From: a virus
Direction: 5' to 3' (one strand)
Virus record (IMG/VR): IMGVR_UViG_3300048907_000177
Span: 1 to 17,376 of that record
DNA length: 17,376 nucleotides
Below, one piece after another: positions 14,422 through 17,376 of the stretch. Each line of letters begins with the position of its first letter. The stretch's first letter is position 1. Under the pieces are notes generated by a model. It did no database searches and was not told the DNA's origin. It saw nothing but the letters and a program-made list of their open reading frames with translations. The translations under genes and the position numbers were made by a program.

Positions 14422-15839
14422 GCGGCTGGTCGCCCGGCGCCAAGTTTTTCAGCCCCGACTATGGGCTCATGGCCGGCCGTCTCGCCGACGCGGTTGAGGC
14501 GGTCGGCCCGCTCATGGTGGACACGCTTGAGGGCAAGATCTGGCTGTACGCCGATGGTGTGTGGCAGATGGATCGCGAGGGCAAGCGGTCCGAGGTGCGG
14601 CGCCGGGTCGTGCGGCTGCTGGGTGAGCGGTACCGGCCGGCGCACGCCCGCACGCTGGCCGAGGTGCTCGGCGCGCACCTGGAGCGATTCACGGTGGGCC
14701 CGCGGCCGGGGCTGATCAATCTGGCGGACGGTCTGCTCCGGTGGGGTGCCGACCCGGACCCGGTGCTCATTCCGCACCATCCGGAGGAACCGTCCACGGT
14801 GCAGCTGCCGGTGACATGGGACCCGGGCGCGACGTGCCGGGAGTTCGACGCGTTCCTGACGGCGGCGCTACCTGCCGATGACGTGGACCGGGCGTGGGAG
14901 GTGCTCGGCTACCTGATGATGTCGGGCAACCCGTTGCAACGCATGTTCCTGTTGTCCGGGTCGGGCGGCAACGGCAAGGGCGTGTTCCTGAACATCGCCC
15001 GGTCGCTGGTCGGGGAGGAGAATTTCGCCGCGGTCAATATCCACGAATTGGCAGAGGACCGGTTCGCGTCTGCCGATCTGTACGGGAAATTGGCCAACAT
15101 CTGCGGTGAGATCGACTCCACGTTCATCGAGAAAACGGCGCGGATCAAGGAGCTGTGCGGTGACGATGTGATGCGCGCTCAGCGCAAGAACGAAGATCCT
15201 TTCAGCTTCAAGTTCTGGGGTAAGGCGCTGTTCTCGGCGAACGCCATCCCGGGCACGTCGGACTCGTCGGTCGGCTGGTCCCGTCGGTGGGAGGTCATCC
15301 AATTCCCTTACGCACCAACGAAACCAGACCCTAAGCTGTCCGATCGGATCGTCGGGAATGAGCTGCCTGGGATCGCGTACAAGGCGGTGCATGCGCTCCG
15401 TCGCCTCATGCAGGCAGGCGCGTTCTCCACGGGAGAATCACGCGAAAAGGCGCACACGGAATTCGCGGATAAGGCCAACAAAGTGCGTCGCTGGCTCGAT
15501 GACCCTGAGTCGGGGGTGATCCGGTCGGACGTGGAAGAGCGCGTGTTCAACAAGGGCACAACGCTACTCAGGGCATTCCGGGAATGGGAAGAGCACGACT
15601 CCGGGAGCCGCACGCATACGGGTGTGCAGCGGTTCAATGAGCTATGCCGGCAGGCCGGTCTAGTGCCGGTCGTGAAGCGGGGCACGCGGGGGTACTACGG
15701 CACCCGGGTCATGCGCATGCCCTTCGGTGTCCCCCCGGCCGATCACCCGTGGCTCAACCATGAGGCCGGCGACCCACATGGAGATGTGCACCAAAGTGCA
15801 CCACCGGGCACCACGCCGGGCCCGTCTCCGCTGTTCTGA
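14418..15839 (+). CDS. D5_N / P4-type primase-helicase C-terminal (SF3) NTPase; replication initiator-helicase
   Basis: 473 aa with Walker A LLSGSGGNGKGVF. Other motifs are INLADGLLRW...PHHPEE...TWDPGATCREFDAFL (D5_N-like), KELCGDDVMRAQRKNEDPFSF, LFSANAIP and WSRRWEVIQFP. No TOPRIM or AEP primase domain is recognisable. Confidence 0.85.
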   Translation: MSGWSPGAKFFSPDYGLMAGRLADAVEAVGPLMVDTLEGKIWLYADGVWQMDREGKRSEVRRRVVRLLGERYRPAHARTLAEVLGAHLERFTVGPRPGLINLADGLLRWGADPDPVLIPHHPEEPSTVQLPVTWDPGATCREFDAFLTAALPADDVDRAWEVLGYLMMSGNPLQRMFLLSGSGGNGKGVFLNIARSLVGEENFAAVNIHELAEDRFASADLYGKLANICGEIDSTFIEKTARIKELCGDDVMRAQRKNEDPFSFKFWGKALFSANAIPGTSDSSVGWSRRWEVIQFPYAPTKPDPKLSDRIVGNELPGIAYKAVHALRRLMQAGAFSTGESREKAHTEFADKANKVRRWLDDPESGVIRSDVEERVFNKGTTLLRAFREWEEHDSGSRTHTGVQRFNELCRQAGLVPVVKRGTRGYYGTRVMRMPFGVPPADHPWLNHEAGDPHGDVHQSAPPGTTPGPSPLF

Positions 15840-16057
15840 CCTGGGGAAATAGCACTTCTGCACCACGGAAACGGGCTTTACCCCTCGGACCCCACGCGTA
15901 ACTACCCCCCATGAGGGCACCATGTCAATACCCCAATCCTGTGGTGCCCTTATGGGGTGCACATGGGCGTCCACCTACGCGGACGCGCGCGCTCTTTACT
16001 CACTGTTACTTACTTCCTTACGCTCTGTAAAGTCTGGTGTTGACGAACCCGGCACCA
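15786..16057. repeat. Iteron-like (G/T)GCACCA cluster with an AT-richer TTACT patch; candidate replication origin
   Basis: GCACCA occurs at 15788, 15798 and 15808 with exact 10-bp phasing, and again at 15860, 15917 and 16052. Inverted copies are TGGTGCCC at 15942-15949 and GGGTGCAC at 15955-15962. TTACT repeats lie at 15996-16021. Confidence 0.55.
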
Positions 16058-16139
16058 GCGGGGGACGATCGCTGTGCGGGCCCGCTTGTTGGGGGCGGGC
16101 CCCACTACCCAACCGAACCCAACTGGAAGGGATCATCCA

Positions 16140-16424
16140 ATGCCTCGCAAGACGAAGGCTCAGATCGCGCTTCTGCTCGGCGACCTGTACGCCGCAAAGA
16201 GCGACAAACGCAAGATCGAGACCCGTGTCAAGGATCTTGAGGCCGAGCTCGCCGCCATCCCGGCCCTGAAAGAGGGCGCGTACGGGGAGTGGACGTACAC
16301 CCTGGGCACGGCCCGGGAGATCCTCGATCAGGCCAAGGCCAAAGAGCTGCTGACCGAGAAAGGCCTCAAGGTGCCGACGGTGATGACCAAGGCGCCGATC
16401 GTCGTCAAGCCGGTGGTGAAGTGA
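16140..16424 (+). CDS. Small helical Lys-rich protein of unknown function
   Basis: ATG at 16140 follows GGAAGGGA. The 94-aa product reads MPRKTKAQIALLLGDLYAAKSDKRKIETRVKDLEAELAAI, which is coiled-coil-like. Confidence 0.7.
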   Translation: MPRKTKAQIALLLGDLYAAKSDKRKIETRVKDLEAELAAIPALKEGAYGEWTYTLGTAREILDQAKAKELLTEKGLKVPTVMTKAPIVVKPVVK

Positions 16425-16427
16425 CCG

Positions 16428-16577
16428 ATGCCGATCTTCGGAATAGGCAAGGGCAAAGGGTCATCTGGGTCGTCGCAAGGGGGCTCGCCCCCTGGCAACT
16501 CGAAGGGCTCCAAGCGACCACCGAAGAGCACGGGCAACAGCGGGAAGGGCAAGGGGCTGGGCAAGTCCGGTCGCTGA
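16428..16577 (+). CDS. Possible 49-aa Gly/Lys/Ser-rich peptide (not in the ORF track)
   Basis: Hand translation gives MPIFGIGKGKGSSGSSQGGSPPGNSKGSKRPPKSTGNSGKGKGLGKSGR. The ATG lies 3 nt after the previous stop. Confidence 0.35.
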   Translation: MPIFGIGKGKGSSGSSQGGSPPGNSKGSKRPPKSTGNSGKGKGLGKSGR

Positions 16578-16643
16578 AGCTCTGGCGCTCGGCCGGCCCG
16601 TCCAACCGAGGCCCGCGGCACCGCAGGCCTCGAGGCCGTGGCG

Positions 16644-16754
16644 ATGGGTGACCTAGCCGTCGTGCTGCTGCTCCTGCTCTTGGGTGCGTGGTGTTTCGGC
16701 GCCCTCATCGTGGACGAGATCAGAGAGGCGGGTGACCAGCGTGCGCGGCACTGA
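16644..16754 (+). CDS. Possible 36-aa single-pass membrane peptide (not in the ORF track)
   Basis: Hand translation gives MGDLAVVLLLLLLGAWCFGALIVDEIREAGDQRARH. Its stop directly abuts the HNH ORF start. Confidence 0.4.
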   Translation: MGDLAVVLLLLLLGAWCFGALIVDEIREAGDQRARH

Positions 16755-17075
16755 GTGGGGTTAGCGATGGAATGGGCCGGCGGCAGTACCCGGGCATGGC
16801 GCGCAGTCCGCGCGTTCGTGCTCTCACGGGACGGGTACCGCTGCCGGGCCCATGAGGATGGGTGGTGTGCGCGAGCGGGACGGCGCACACCACATCGCTG
16901 TCTAGGGGTGGCGCCGCTGGTCGGCGGGCACGCGCATCACACGCTCGGCCGGGCCCGGACCGGTGATGATCCGGCGTACATCGTGGCATCCTGCGAACCG
17001 TGCAACCTGCACATCGGCGAGCCCGAGACGCATCATGATCCGAGGAACAGGGCGGTGACCAGGTGGAGAGACTGA
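16755..17075 (+). CDS. HNH endonuclease (packaging-associated)
   Basis: Motifs are WRAVRAFVLSRDGYRC, GGHAHHTLGRARTGDD and ASCEPCNLHIG, which fit the HNH pattern. It lies immediately upstream of the packaging region and terminase. The start is ambiguous (GTG 16755 or ATG 16767). Confidence 0.85.
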   Translation: MGLAMEWAGGSTRAWRAVRAFVLSRDGYRCRAHEDGWCARAGRRTPHRCLGVAPLVGGHAHHTLGRARTGDDPAYIVASCEPCNLHIGEPETHHDPRNRAVTRWRD

Positions 17076-17300
17076 TCGGTCGCGTGCTGTGCAGGCTAGG
17101 CCTGCATGAATGGCTGCCATGCAGCGGATGGTGCGCCCGATGCGGGAGGGATCCGCGGTGAAAGATCTACGGAGAGTGACGGTCGTGTTGTGACCGGCCA
17201 CAATGGATTGTCGCGGCCCGATTTTTTCCGCGACCACGACCGGGGGACACCCGCGCCTGTTCTCCCTTTCGCGCCCCGCGCGCACAGATTGTGACGGATA
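17076..17300. other. Non-coding packaging region (candidate cos site and terminase recognition)
   Basis: Hairpins are TGCAGGC-tag-GCCTGCA (17090-17106) and CTGCATG/CATGCAG (17102-17124). GTGACGG or GTGACCGG repeats lie at 17176, 17190, 17291 and 17301. A T6 tract spans 17223-17228. The region lies between HNH and terminase. Confidence 0.5.
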
Positions 17301-17376
17301 GTGACGGTTCTCGACCAGGCGCCGCCGCTTCTCGGTAAGACTGAGCCGCGGCTCTGGACTCCGCCCCTGCGGGACC
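17250..17376. repeat. Terminal overlap, copy 2; 17301-17376 is a duplicate of the terminase 5' end
   Basis: Exact copy of 1-127. A length of 127 equals the largest k-mer normally used by SPAdes-type assemblers, which suggests a circular-contig overlap. Confidence 0.95.

Larger units (their letters stand above)
1..17249. mobile_element. Complete unit of a small tailed-phage genome (siphovirus-like, actinobacterial style), circularly closed in this assembly
   Basis: The window carries a full packaging, head, tail, lysis and replication gene set. Its end repeats its start exactly. Codon third positions are mostly G/C, GTG starts are frequent, and promoters look leaderless. Confidence 0.8.

Noticed and set aside
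16040-16102. TTGACG at 16040 could be a -35 box, and the GC hairpin GGGCCCGC/GCGGGCCC (16078-16102) could be a terminator or promoter for the 16140 operon.
   Set aside because: There is no convincing TANNNT -10 at proper spacing and no U-tract after the hairpin. A promoter probably exists in this gap, but I cannot place it.
15922-16269. ORFs of 115 aa and 67 aa (16037-16240) lie across the helicase-downstream gap.
   Set aside because: They cross the repeat-rich, AT-richer non-coding region and run into the 16140 gene in another frame. Codon usage is poor.
16627-16638. A 12-bp palindrome GGCCTCGAGGCC.
   Set aside because: GC-rich 12-bp palindromes are expected a few times by chance in a GC-rich 17-kb sequence. 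There is no supporting context.
16289-16651. A 120-aa + strand ORF overlaps the 94-aa gene and the Gly/Lys-rich micro-ORF.
   Set aside because: It overlaps a better-supported gene by more than 130 nt, is Arg/Gly/Gln-rich low-complexity sequence, and has no RBS.
17106-17294. A 62-aa ORF between HNH and terminase could be the small terminase.
   Set aside because: It has no RBS and an odd composition (MNGCHAADGAPDAGG...). It spans hairpins and repeat elements, and much of it is likely cis-acting DNA.

Overview
The window is a GC-rich, actinobacteriophage-style genome that closes on itself. Bases 1-127 are repeated exactly at 17250-17376, so the unique sequence is 17,249 bp. It is most likely a circularised assembly of a complete, very small siphovirus-type phage. 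Almost everything is on the + strand in tightly coupled operons with ATGA, TGATG and GTGA start/stop overlaps. The order is: HNH endonuclease, a cos-like packaging region, and large terminase. Next is one 1058-codon ORF carrying portal, HK97-type prohead protease and major capsid protein in a single frame. Then come a coiled-coil protein, head-tail adaptor, neck protein, major tail protein, and a tail-chaperone pair whose frame geometry is +1 rather than the usual -1. These are followed by an HK97 gp10-like protein, a very short 329-aa tape measure, two minor tail proteins, a holin, a putative endolysin and a bidirectional terminator. One 166-aa gene lies on the - strand. It diverges from an early + operon encoding a small basic protein, a Cys-rich protein, small membrane proteins and a D5_N/SF3 primase-helicase-like NTPase. 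The two promoters are back to back and apparently leaderless, and their -35 boxes form one palindrome. An iteron-like cluster and an AT-richer patch around the 3' end of the helicase gene look like a replication origin. I see no integrase, partition genes, DNA polymerase, small terminase, tRNA or CRISPR. All functional calls come from motif recognition by eye; no searches were run.
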